This document shows, one piece after another, positions 18,540 to 27,757 of a DNA stretch of 36,779 bases (its first letter is position 1; each line of letters starts with the position of its first letter). The notes beneath the pieces were generated by a model. It saw only the letters and a list, made by a program, of their open reading frames with translations, searched no databases and was not told the origin of the DNA. Origin of the DNA: a virus; UHGV virus genome UHGV-0182470, one strand, 5' to 3'. A program made the position numbers and the translations under genes.

Positions 18540-19190
18540 TCAGCGGCTGTCATTGCGCAGTCTGCGCTCCAGCTGCTGTTTGTCTTTTTTCACGCCACAG
18601 CGGGGATCGAGCTGTAACGCATGGTTGAGATGATTAAGGGCGGAAGCCGGATTGCTTTCACTCAGGACAGCTCCAATCGCTTTATGCAGACGCGCCCGTG
18701 ACTGGTCCGGCATATCCAGACCGTCTGTCAGCTCCAGCGTCTGCAACAACAGATCGGCATCAAAGCCGGTGGCGGCAAGCATTGCGCTCTGCGCGGCGTC
18801 TGCCATTTCCTCTGCCAGCACGGTCTGCACGTTGCGGTTACCCAGCGGCATCACCCAGCCATGACGCAGGGCATGACGCCCGATCTCCAGCGCCCCGGCA
18901 TAATCTCCGGCATCAATGCGCCACAGCATCACGTACATCAGCACGTCATCCTGTTGAGCGCCTCCGGCAGCCAGGACACCCTCTGCCCAGGCGGCGTACT
19001 TCGGCAGCAGCTCCACCTTGATTTCCGCTTTTTTGACCGTGGACTGAACGCCCTTGAGACGGCGGCGGTCTTCCGCCAGTTGCAGCAGCATCAGGTCATA
19101 GCCCGATGCGTGGCGAACACTGCCGCCCTCGCGGGCGGCCTGTTCAGCCTGAACGCGCAGGCGATGCTGCCGTGCGGGACTCAGGCTCAT
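18540..19190 (-). CDS. M: Terminase small (endonuclease) subunit M
   Basis: 216-aa ORF following N; P2 gpM-like. Confidence 0.85.
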   Translation of the reverse strand: MSLSPARQHRLRVQAEQAAREGGSVRHASGYDLMLLQLAEDRRRLKGVQSTVKKAEIKVELLPKYAAWAEGVLAAGGAQQDDVLMYVMLWRIDAGDYAGALEIGRHALRHGWVMPLGNRNVQTVLAEEMADAAQSAMLAATGFDADLLLQTLELTDGLDMPDQSRARLHKAIGAVLSESNPASALNHLNHALQLDPRCGVKKDKQQLERRLRNDSR

Positions 19191-19193
19191 GGA

Positions 19194-20252
19194 TTACGCT
19201 CCGGTTTCGGCTGCGGCGGCGCTGAAATCACCAATCTGGATGTTTTCCACCAGTGCGGCGCAGCGGTAGTCCTCAACCACATAGGCTTCGTTAACGGATT
19301 CAAAGTTTTCAATCCGGTCACGTTTCGGGTTGTCGATAACTGAACGGCGGCGGGTGTCTTCCTGCCAGTAGATGGACAGGTTATCCAGACGGGTGATCAG
19401 CAGCGCATTCGGCGGGAAGAACGGCGCGCGCACGGCCTGCAGGCCACCCATGCGTTTCTGACTGATGATCATATCGGCAGCCAGTTTTTCACTGTTTTCC
19501 TGCTCTTTGTTGACCAGCGGGAAATACTTGTCAGACAGCAGTTCACGACCGCAAATCACCACCAGATCGTCATCGTCCTGATAGACCACGTCGATAAGCT
19601 CGTTAACGGCATCCATCACCACGGCGTCCAGGTTGGCATATTCGCCCCCTTTCCCGACTTTCACCGCACCCGGTGTGGTTTCACCGCCCGTGGTGGTGCT
19701 GCCCATGACGTGATCCGGTGCATCCTCACGGATTTTCTGCAGCCAGCCTTTATTCACATCCTGCAGTAGCGGGTTTTCGCTACGGTTGGAGGTTTTCGCA
19801 CGCTTCACGCCGTTAAAGCCGATCATGATGCGGTCCAGTGCCTGACGTTTCACGATGGCGTCACGGATACGCACCTGAAAATCCTGAAACTTCGCCCACA
19901 GGTCCAGCTTCGCGTAGGTCAGTACCGTGTCAAAGTTGGTCTGCTCGCATTTATATTCCACATCGACCATCAGCGTCGGATCGACAGGTTCACGCTCTTT
20001 CGCGGTGGTATCAGTGGTTCCGGCAATGGTGCTGCCAACTCCCAACCCCAGCAGCTGACCGGACTGCTCAGTCACTGGCGTGACGTTAATCAGCGTCAGG
20101 AAAGCGGCGGACTGCTGGATCTGGTCTTCCAATGTCTGCTGCACGGACGGCTCTACGGTGAACTTGCTGGACAGTTCTTCAACTGCCACACCGTTCAGAC
20201 GCGCCAGTTGCTGCAGGTAAGCGTTAAAAGCAAAGCGGGTATTCTTCTTCAT
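19194..20252 (-). CDS. N: Major capsid protein N
   Basis: 352-aa ORF following scaffold gene. Confidence 0.9.
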   Translation of the reverse strand: MKKNTRFAFNAYLQQLARLNGVAVEELSSKFTVEPSVQQTLEDQIQQSAAFLTLINVTPVTEQSGQLLGLGVGSTIAGTTDTTAKEREPVDPTLMVDVEYKCEQTNFDTVLTYAKLDLWAKFQDFQVRIRDAIVKRQALDRIMIGFNGVKRAKTSNRSENPLLQDVNKGWLQKIREDAPDHVMGSTTTGGETTPGAVKVGKGGEYANLDAVVMDAVNELIDVVYQDDDDLVVICGRELLSDKYFPLVNKEQENSEKLAADMIISQKRMGGLQAVRAPFFPPNALLITRLDNLSIYWQEDTRRRSVIDNPKRDRIENFESVNEAYVVEDYRCAALVENIQIGDFSAAAAETGA

Positions 20253-20268
20253 CAGGTTTTGTGCTCCA

Positions 20269-21102
20269 TCAGCAATTGGTCAGAGTGTCAGCGGGGGCGT
20301 TACCGCCTGTTGCACGCTGGCGGTAGTCCTGGCGGCTGTCTTCATGGCTCAGCTTGTCCACCAGTTCGTTAAAGGCGGTCTGCTGTGCCTGCAGGGCAGT
20401 CTCCAGCTCAGACAGGCGTTCTTCCTGCTCAGACAGGGATTTTTCGGTGCGCGCACTCAGGTTCTGCTGCTCAGTGGCGACCAGTTCCACGGCCTTATGC
20501 ACATCAGAGAACCGGGCGTCATCGGACTGCTCTTTTTTGGTGAACAGCGCCGTGACACGGGCAAACAGGGACGGCTTGTCCTCCTGGATTTCTTCCAGTT
20601 CGATCACCGTTTCCTCTGCGGCGGTAAAGAGATTGGCGGGATTCTGCTTGCGGTTTGCCAGCGGGTTATGGGCTGCACTGGCGCTGAATGTCAGCATTTC
20701 AGTGCCCAGACTGGCAGGGTCATCAGTGGCAGCCAGGCCGACCAGGTAGGCTTTGCCCGTATCAGCGAACTTCGGGCTGACTTCCATAGAGGTGAATAAT
20801 TTCTGGCCTTTTTTCACCAGTTCCACCAGGGACTCCGTTGGCTCAACGTCAGCATACAGCGCCATCTTGCCTGCCAGCGGACCTTCCGTGATTTCTTCAG
20901 CAAACAGCGCCGTCACCTTGCCGTAGCGGTTAAAGGTGCTGTCCGGCAGATAAGACTTGATGTGCTCAAGGTTAATCAGCGCGGTATACACCGCCGGGTT
21001 ATAGCTGGCTGCCATCTGTTCCAGCCATTCACGCTGGATTTCGCGTCCGTCGGTGGTGGCACCTTCCACCCCGATGCGAAAACGCTTTGCTTTCACTGTC
21101 AT
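20269..21102 (-). CDS. O: Capsid scaffolding protein O
   Basis: 277-aa acidic coiled-coil protein, divergent from P. Confidence 0.85.
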   Translation of the reverse strand: MTVKAKRFRIGVEGATTDGREIQREWLEQMAASYNPAVYTALINLEHIKSYLPDSTFNRYGKVTALFAEEITEGPLAGKMALYADVEPTESLVELVKKGQKLFTSMEVSPKFADTGKAYLVGLAATDDPASLGTEMLTFSASAAHNPLANRKQNPANLFTAAEETVIELEEIQEDKPSLFARVTALFTKKEQSDDARFSDVHKAVELVATEQQNLSARTEKSLSEQEERLSELETALQAQQTAFNELVDKLSHEDSRQDYRQRATGGNAPADTLTNC

Positions 21103-21180
21103 GAGCCGTGCTCCGTTAGAAAAAACTTACTGGAGCCTTATGGTTGCGGTGATGGGGGCAGTGAAACAATGCGCGGTATT

Positions 21181-21198
21181 TGTACCGACAACCACACA
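21181..21198. promoter_or_regulatory. Ogr/B-type late activator site (TGT-N12-ACA) in the divergent O/P promoter region
   Basis: TGTACCGACAACCACACA in the 142-bp O-P intergenic region; extended similarity to the site at 7913. Confidence 0.55.
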
Positions 21199-21244
21199 AA
21201 CCGCAGGCGGGGAAAGCCTTCATTCAAGGCTGTAGGTTTGTGCC

Positions 21245-23011
21245 ATGAACACCACACTGACACCCGCAGATCTCGATCCCCGTCGGCAGGCCATGCTGCT
21301 GTACTTTCAGGGATACCGCGTAGCCCGCATTGCTGAAATGCTGGGCGAGAAAGTTGCAACCGTTCACAGCTGGAAAAAACGCGACAAGTGGGGTGACTAT
21401 GGGCCGCTGGATCAGATGCAGCTCACCACCGCCGCACGCTACTGCCAGCTCATTATGAAGGAGCACAAAGAAGGGAAAGATTTCAAAGAGATTGACCTGC
21501 TGGCGCGCCAGTCTGAGCGCCACGCGCGGATCGGCAAGTTTAACAATGGCGGCAACGAAGCCGACTTAAACCCTAACGTCGCCAACCGCAACAAAGGCCC
21601 GCGCCGTCAGCCGGAAAAGAATGTCTTCACCGATGAACAGATTGAGAAGCTGGAAGAAATCTTCCATTCCTCCATGTTCAACTACCAGCGCCACTGGTGG
21701 GAAGCCGGAAAAACCAACCGCATCCGCAACCTGCTGAAGTCACGCCAGATCGGCGCAACCTTTTACTTTGCCCGTGAAGCCCTGATTGACGCCCTGCTTA
21801 CCGGGCGTAACCAGATTTTCCTTTCCGCCAGTAAGGCACAGGCCCACGTCTTTAAGCAGTACATCATCGACTTCGCCAAAGAAGTCGAAGTGGAGCTGAA
21901 AGGCGATCCGATGGTGCTTCCTAACGGGGCCACGCTTTACTTCCTAGGCACCAATGCCCGCACGGCCCAGAGTTACCACGGCAACCTGTATCTGGATGAA
22001 TATTTCTGGATCCCGAAATTCCAGGAGCTGCGCAAAGTGGCTTCCGGTATGGCTATTCACAAGAAATGGCGACAGACCTATTTTTCCACGCCATCCAGCC
22101 TGACCCACAGTGCTTATCCGTTCTGGTCCGGTGCGCTGTTCAACCGTGGGCGCAACAAAGCCGACAAGGTGGACATCGACCTGTCCCACAGCAATCTGGC
22201 TCCCGGTCTGCTGTGTGCAGACGGGCAATACCGCCAGATAGTCACCGTGGAAGATGCGGTGCGCGGCGGCTGTAACCTGTTCGACCTTGACCAGTTGCGC
22301 ATGGAATACAGCCCGGACGAATACCAGAACCTACTGATGTGTGAGTTCGTGGACGATCTCGCGTCCGTGTTCCCGCTCAGCGAGCTGCAGGCGTGCATGG
22401 TGGACAGCTGGGAAGTCTGGACCGACTTTCATGCACTGGCCCTGCGCCCGTTTGGCTGGCGCGAGGTGTGGATCGGTTATGACCCGGCAAAAGGTACGCA
22501 GAACGGCGACAGTGCCGGATGCGTAGTGGTGGCTCCGCCAGCCGTGCCTGGCGGTAAGTTCCGCATTCTTGAGCGTCACCAGTGGCGCGGGATGGACTTT
22601 CGCGCCCAGGCTGACGCCATCAAAAAACTGACCGAACAGTACAACGTGACATACATAGGTATCGACTCAACCGGCGTCGGTCACGGGGTTTACGAGAACG
22701 TGAAAGCGTTCTTTCCTGCCGTCCGGGAGTTCGTCTACAACCCCAATGTTAAAAACGCCCTGGTACTCAAGGCCTACGACATTATCAGCCACCGCCGTCT
22801 GGAGTTTGACGCCGGATACACCGACATAGCGCAGTCATTTATGGCAATCCGTCGCGCCACCACCGCCAGCGGCAACCGCCCGACCTATGAAGCCAGCCGC
22901 AGCGAAGAAGCCAGCCATGCTGATCTGGCCTGGGCAACGATGCATGCACTGTTTAACGAACCGCTGCAGGGCGAGTCCGCCAATACCAGCAATATTGTGG
23001 AGATTTTTTGA
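21245..23011 (+). CDS. P: Terminase large (ATPase) subunit P
   Basis: 588-aa ORF divergent from O; P2 gpP-like. Confidence 0.9.
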   Translation: MNTTLTPADLDPRRQAMLLYFQGYRVARIAEMLGEKVATVHSWKKRDKWGDYGPLDQMQLTTAARYCQLIMKEHKEGKDFKEIDLLARQSERHARIGKFNNGGNEADLNPNVANRNKGPRRQPEKNVFTDEQIEKLEEIFHSSMFNYQRHWWEAGKTNRIRNLLKSRQIGATFYFAREALIDALLTGRNQIFLSASKAQAHVFKQYIIDFAKEVEVELKGDPMVLPNGATLYFLGTNARTAQSYHGNLYLDEYFWIPKFQELRKVASGMAIHKKWRQTYFSTPSSLTHSAYPFWSGALFNRGRNKADKVDIDLSHSNLAPGLLCADGQYRQIVTVEDAVRGGCNLFDLDQLRMEYSPDEYQNLLMCEFVDDLASVFPLSELQACMVDSWEVWTDFHALALRPFGWREVWIGYDPAKGTQNGDSAGCVVVAPPAVPGGKFRILERHQWRGMDFRAQADAIKKLTEQYNVTYIGIDSTGVGHGVYENVKAFFPAVREFVYNPNVKNALVLKAYDIISHRRLEFDAGYTDIAQSFMAIRRATTASGNRPTYEASRSEEASHADLAWATMHALFNEPLQGESANTSNIVEIF

Positions 23012-24039
23012 TGGGAAAGAGTAAGAAAAACCGCGCTGCGGCGACGAAACAGCTCCAGCTTAAAAACCAGACTACAGCCGAAGCATTCAGCTTCGGCGAT
23101 CCCGTTCCTGTTCTGGACCGCCGAGAACTGCTGGACTATGTGGAATGCGTACAGATGGACCGTTGGTATGAGCCGCCCGTCAGCTTTGACGGACTGGCGC
23201 GCACCTTCCGCGCTGCCGTGCATCACAGTTCCCCGATTGCAGTAAAGTGCAACATTCTGACCAGTACCTATATCCCTCATCCGCTGCTCAGCCAGCAGGC
23301 TTTTTCGCGTTTTGTGCAGGACTATCTGGTATTTGGTAACGCCTACCTGGAGAAACGCACGAACCGATTCGGTGAAGTTATCGCTCTTGAGCCTGCGCTG
23401 GCAAAATACACCCGACGCGGATTAGACCTGGATACCTACTGGTTTGTGCAATACGGTATGACAACCCAGCCGTATCAGTTCACGAAAGGCAGCATTTTTC
23501 ATCTGATGGAACCGGATATTAATCAGGAGATCTACGGCCTGCCCGGTTATCTTTCTGCCATTCCGTCAGCCCTGCTCAACGAGTCCGCCACGCTGTTCCG
23601 CCGGAAGTATTACATTAACGGTAGTCATGCAGGCTTCATCATGTACATGACCGATGCCGCGCAGAACCAGGAGGATGTGAACAACCTCCGCAACGCGATG
23701 AAAAGTGCCAAAGGTCCGGGTAACTTCCGCAACCTGTTTATGTACTCGCCTAACGGCAAAAAAGACGGGCTTCAGATTATCCCGCTATCAGAAGTCGCAG
23801 CGAAGGATGAATTTCTTAACATCAAGAACGTGAGTCGGGATGACATGATGGCAGCGCATCGTGTGCCACCACAAATGATGGGGATAATGCCTAGCAATGT
23901 TGGGGGGTTTGGGGATGTGGAGAAGGCGGCAAATGTGTTTGTGCGAAATGAATTATTACCGTTGCAAAAAAGGATGCGTGAAGTAAATGACTGGTTAGAA
24001 CAAAAAATTTTGCGATTTGAGCCATATTCTTTGGGATGA
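23008..24039 (+). CDS. Q: Portal protein Q
   Basis: 343-aa ORF coupled to P (ATGA overlap). Confidence 0.9.
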   Translation: MMGKSKKNRAAATKQLQLKNQTTAEAFSFGDPVPVLDRRELLDYVECVQMDRWYEPPVSFDGLARTFRAAVHHSSPIAVKCNILTSTYIPHPLLSQQAFSRFVQDYLVFGNAYLEKRTNRFGEVIALEPALAKYTRRGLDLDTYWFVQYGMTTQPYQFTKGSIFHLMEPDINQEIYGLPGYLSAIPSALLNESATLFRRKYYINGSHAGFIMYMTDAAQNQEDVNNLRNAMKSAKGPGNFRNLFMYSPNGKKDGLQIIPLSEVAAKDEFLNIKNVSRDDMMAAHRVPPQMMGIMPSNVGGFGDVEKAANVFVRNELLPLQKRMREVNDWLEQKILRFEPYSLG

Positions 24040-24096
24040 TTTCTCTTGTAAATCAACATGCTTTGCTGTTCGATAGAACAAACCAAAATTTGATTA

Positions 24097-24557
24097 GTGG
24101 GAAAAGTTCATGGTACAGCAAGTATGGTTTTTTTTAAGGCAATTGAGAAAGACGATCTTAGATACTGGGGAAATGATAGTTATCCCGATGACTCATCAGT
24201 TTTCTATCGCTATGACAGTTTTGTAGCGAATCACAAAAATGTAAAAGACGGTGATATTATTATTATTACCAACAGAGAAAATATTTTAGGTATATCTGTT
24301 ATTGAAAAATTAGAAACACAGAGCATTAATAAGAAGCGTAACAAATGTATTAACCTAGACTGCAAAGCAAAAAAATTCTTCAAAGGAAAACTATAAAATC
24401 AGAGTGGCGTTGTGATAATGGCCATGAATTTGATGAACCCAGAGTGGTTTTTGAGCCAGCTAAAGAATTTATAGCATACTGCGGCAACCAGTACCGTAAA
24501 TTATCCAATATTACAATGTCACAACTTATAGATGAAACTCCACGCTACAATGGGTAA
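24097..24557 (+). pseudogene. Zinc-ribbon-containing ORF split by a frameshift in an A7 tract (24097-24396 in frame 0, continuing to 24557 in frame +2)
   Basis: Frame-0 ORF ends ...KCINLDCKAKKFFKGKL; the same region in frame +2 reads ...KKILQRKTIKSEWRCDNGHEFDEP...YCGNQY... One extra A in the A7 run at ~24370-24376 would join them into one ~153-aa protein with a Cys/His zinc-ribbon-like pattern. Confidence 0.45.
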
Positions 24558-25070
24558 ATGTCCATCCAAGAAGTTAACTATCAATGGGCTGTTGCTTTGC
24601 TTACCGCCCAACATACTATTATTCTGGAGCTCAACGCCAGCGAAGCTGATAAAGACACCCCCACTTTAATGGGTGAAGATCAACGGCAAATTGTAGAACG
24701 GCAAATAAAACAACGAAGTGGGCAAAAAACATTTCGCGACCAGCTATTAAAATCAAATCCTACTTGTGCGGTTACGGGCTGTAAGCTTGTTGATATTCTT
24801 GATGCTGCTCACATTAATGTATATCGAAACGATAGTCACAATCATATTAGCAATGGATTATTGCTCAGAAGTGACATTCATACTTTATATGACCTAAATC
24901 TTTGTGCTATAAACCCGATAACAAAAACCATTCATTTTTCAGTGGAAGCCTTGGAAAATGGATATTCGAAATTCGAAGGTTTAAAAATAAATACCCAACA
25001 CAACATAGCAATAAAACCACTATTAACAAGATGGCAGTTATTAAAATCTCAAAACTCTATTGATATATAA
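24558..25070 (+). CDS. HNH endonuclease-domain protein
   Basis: 170 aa; motifs RSGQKTFRDQLL...CAVTGC...LDAAHI...NGLLLRSDIHTLYD fit the HNH (restriction-type) signature; ATG abuts the TAA of the upstream ORF (TAAATG); AT-rich. Confidence 0.7.
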   Translation: MSIQEVNYQWAVALLTAQHTIILELNASEADKDTPTLMGEDQRQIVERQIKQRSGQKTFRDQLLKSNPTCAVTGCKLVDILDAAHINVYRNDSHNHISNGLLLRSDIHTLYDLNLCAINPITKTIHFSVEALENGYSKFEGLKINTQHNIAIKPLLTRWQLLKSQNSIDI

Positions 25071-25085
25071 TAAATAGCGACAACC

Positions 25086-25117
25086 GAAGGGAGCGTTTAT
25101 AATTAAAAGCTCCCTTT
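25086..25117. terminator. Bidirectional hairpin terminator between convergent cargo genes
   Basis: GAAGGGAGC ... GCTCCCTTT stem flanked by A/T-rich sequence. Confidence 0.5.
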
Positions 25118-25126
25118 AGCAGGAAA

Positions 25127-26155
25127 TTAGAGCACTAGGGGATCAGTGACCCATGCTTTATTATGGTTTTCTCGATAACAATCATAAATTAATAAATCCG
25201 TTCTTGTATCCGGTGGAAGTTCAATTTCAGGAATGTAATAACTTGCTGGATTGCTATTATCTAATGAAATTGAAAAGTTTTGATTAACGATCGTTGATAG
25301 AGACGTATTGGCTTCCAATAAGCTAAACGGGCCATATTTTACACAGTACATTACAACACAAGCAGCAACTGCATCCATTACATTTTCTAAAGTGGAAAAG
25401 TGGAATGCTCCTGATCTATCATGTTTAGTTTTATTATATGCATTATACCATGACAAAGATGTTGTAGGGGTACTTGCATTCCACCCATCAAAAGGTTTGA
25501 AATGCCTTAATCCGTCATAATTCAAATATTGAATTTTATATTCAGACAAATAACACTTATCTAATAATTTCACATAATCATTTGTGGAGTATCGACCATT
25601 TGAACGAGATAAATTCGAATTACCAATGATTGACACCCATTGATTTTCAACCTCAGTACAAGCAAGAATTAATAGCTCTCTACATTTATGACTGTAAGAA
25701 ATCAAACCATGGGCACTTGGTTCTACATATAGAAAAATATCATCGAGTTTTTCTATCAAAACTCTTAGAGCTTGCTCTGTTGCTCTTTTTTCAAACTCAT
25801 CGATACCTAATGCTGTTTCTGTATCATTGACATAATATAAGGATGGCCGCCACACTCCCCTAGTTACATGTCCAATTTCATTATCTAAAGGAGATATGTT
25901 CTGAGCCCCAAATACTCTCCGAACCCAATCATTGAGAGTTCCACTTCGTTGCTCAATAACAGTTAACCCAACTGATATTACATTAAATCCCACGTCACGC
26001 CCATACAGATGCACAAAATGACTTGTTGTTTCATAAGCGTAACCGAATTTGTGCTTTTGATGTACTGTTGTTTCAAAATTAGGAATGCGTGTATGAGTGT
26101 TTTCGTACCAGATTCCGTTCATCATCACCTCTAATGAGAGTCGATTATATTTCAA
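25127..26155 (-). CDS. Hypothetical 342-aa AT-rich cargo protein
   Basis: Long uninterrupted ORF on the minus strand in an AT-rich island between Q and the putative cos site; no confident family assignment (contains an RSGAFH, i.e. R-x4-H, motif). Confidence 0.6.
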   Translation of the reverse strand: MKYNRLSLEVMMNGIWYENTHTRIPNFETTVHQKHKFGYAYETTSHFVHLYGRDVGFNVISVGLTVIEQRSGTLNDWVRRVFGAQNISPLDNEIGHVTRGVWRPSLYYVNDTETALGIDEFEKRATEQALRVLIEKLDDIFLYVEPSAHGLISYSHKCRELLILACTEVENQWVSIIGNSNLSRSNGRYSTNDYVKLLDKCYLSEYKIQYLNYDGLRHFKPFDGWNASTPTTSLSWYNAYNKTKHDRSGAFHFSTLENVMDAVAACVVMYCVKYGPFSLLEANTSLSTIVNQNFSISLDNSNPASYYIPEIELPPDTRTDLLIYDCYRENHNKAWVTDPLVL

Positions 26156-26233
26156 TGGATTATATGGATGATACTACACTAAGTTGTACCTATGACAGAT
26201 ACTATTTTAGCCACTTCAGGCATACAGCGCGCG

Positions 26234-26252
26234 CTCGTATCCCCGCCACGCC
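26234..26252. other. Putative cos cohesive-end site (P2/186-like)
   Basis: Reverse complement reads GGCGTGGCGGGGATACGAG; first 13 nt match the 186 cos sequence GGCGTGGCGGGGA as I recall it; GC-rich island in AT-rich surroundings. Confidence 0.4.
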
Positions 26253-26583
26253 TGCTCGCTTTATGTAGTGGTTTTCATGCACCTGCATGACATGAGTAAA
26301 AGCCCGCCAGTTCTGGCAGGTGTCTGCAAAAACGATCCTCAATCGATCATGCGATTTCATGCAGCATAGTCATGCACTGCCAAGGGAAGCGTTAATCCGT
26401 ATCTGATAACCGCTTGAAAAACGAAACATACTGGTTTACAACAATAAAAATCCGCTGTGAGCGAAGAGCAGAAGTTACAGCATAAAAAGCAATATGGTTG
26501 TGTACCATAGAGCTAAACATTTAAACAAGTTATGTGCTGTATCGATATACTGTGACTCAATATCTAAAACATGGAGGGTGAAT

Positions 26584-27057
26584 ATGTCTTCTTCTACATC
26601 ACAACTACAGCATGTTACAACATCGACAACAGTAAACTCGTCAAGTTACTCCCCCGTCAAATTGCAAGATCATGAAGCAGCATCGAATTCTGGACCTGGT
26701 GGACATACAATTAGAAGACATGTTGGCAAGGATGCCAATTACCTGATAGATCGATTAGATCGATTTCCTAAACTCTGTGTAGCTTCAACATTTACAAACT
26801 TATCAGTAGCAGAACTATCAGCTACCGAGTGGTTCAATTCATTTCTTATGGAATTTACAGAGTGGTATAAAGATCCTAATCGCACAGAGGTTAGATTTTC
26901 AAAGGAATTAGACATTGAACAGGATGTAGGCACTTACGTTAAACGCGATAATCCAAACAATATATTGACTGCAAAAAGAATTAATTTAGTCATGAAAATT
27001 GAAAAGTTTAACGGAATGCCTCATTTCATCCTCACTGCATATCCTGTTAAGGGGTGA
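26584..27057 (+). CDS. Hypothetical protein, toxin-like (Ser/Thr-rich N-terminal linker + compact C-terminal domain)
   Basis: ATG 26584 with GGAGGG RBS (track ORF starts upstream at 26494); 158 aa; motif GGHTIRRHVGK; translationally coupled to the next gene. Confidence 0.6.
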   Translation: MSSSTSQLQHVTTSTTVNSSSYSPVKLQDHEAASNSGPGGHTIRRHVGKDANYLIDRLDRFPKLCVASTFTNLSVAELSATEWFNSFLMEFTEWYKDPNRTEVRFSKELDIEQDVGTYVKRDNPNNILTAKRINLVMKIEKFNGMPHFILTAYPVKG

Positions 27058-27061
27058 TAAT

Positions 27062-27721
27062 ATGTCAAAAGAATATACTAAACTAGATAATTTTATACGG
27101 TCCTACTTCAATCAAGATACCGTATGCGAACTTGAGTCAGATGATCTTGGAAAGATTATTGATTTATATCTTTCTGATGTTGGTCAGAATGGCGTAAAAG
27201 AACTTCTAATTGATATTTCAAAGTTTATTAATGATAATAAAAATCAAAGCCTTGATAAATATTTTGAGAATAAGTTCAGCTCTTATCTTGACATAACTCC
27301 AGTTGAAAAATTCATCTCACTCTTGAATTCAAAATATCTCGAAAAATATCCTGAGATAAAATCCACTGCCGTGAAACATTTTGTATTTTCTACTACACCA
27401 AAGAGAACACAGCATAAACCAAGAATAATTAAAAGATTTCCTTCAATGGTTCCAGCACTTAGTTTTGAGTTTTCATCAGAACGAATCGCTGATTCCAATG
27501 CTTTGTTTCGAGGAAAAGTTTTTAAGCGTAACAACATTAAGCGCGGAGCCAGAAAACCATATTATATACTGGTAAACATCAAACCAAAACAAGAGGCGGC
27601 TATAAAGGTTTCTTTATCTAAGAGTAAGAGTCGTCAACGTCTTTACGATTCACTTAAAAAATCCATTGAAGCTACAGATATTGTTTTGCAAAATAATAAA
27701 GTCGAAAAAATGAAATCATAA
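27062..27721 (+). CDS. Hypothetical protein, immunity/partner-like, basic C-terminus
   Basis: ATG 27062 with AAGGGG RBS, 4 nt after stop of upstream gene; 220 aa; Lys/Arg-rich C-terminal third. Confidence 0.6.
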   Translation: MSKEYTKLDNFIRSYFNQDTVCELESDDLGKIIDLYLSDVGQNGVKELLIDISKFINDNKNQSLDKYFENKFSSYLDITPVEKFISLLNSKYLEKYPEIKSTAVKHFVFSTTPKRTQHKPRIIKRFPSMVPALSFEFSSERIADSNALFRGKVFKRNNIKRGARKPYYILVNIKPKQEAAIKVSLSKSKSRQRLYDSLKKSIEATDIVLQNNKVEKMKS

Positions 27722-27730
27722 CGTGAAGAA

Positions 27731-27757
27731 AATAGCCACTCCTAGTGGCTATCTTTA
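27731..27757 (+). terminator. Rho-independent terminator after the two-gene module
   Basis: ATAGCCACT / AGTGGCTAT perfect 9-bp stem, 3-nt loop, followed by CTTTAATT. Confidence 0.6.

Noticed and set aside
18176-19343. Plus-strand ORFs (18176-18628, 18698-19021, 18861-19343) opposite head genes L and M
   Set aside because: Antisense to conserved head genes; Arg/Ala/Ser-rich translations.
24097-26155. Insertion sequence or transposon as the source of the AT-rich block between Q and cos
   Set aside because: No transposase ORF, no terminal inverted repeats and no target-site duplication could be found by eye; composition alone indicates horizontal origin but not a discrete mobile element.
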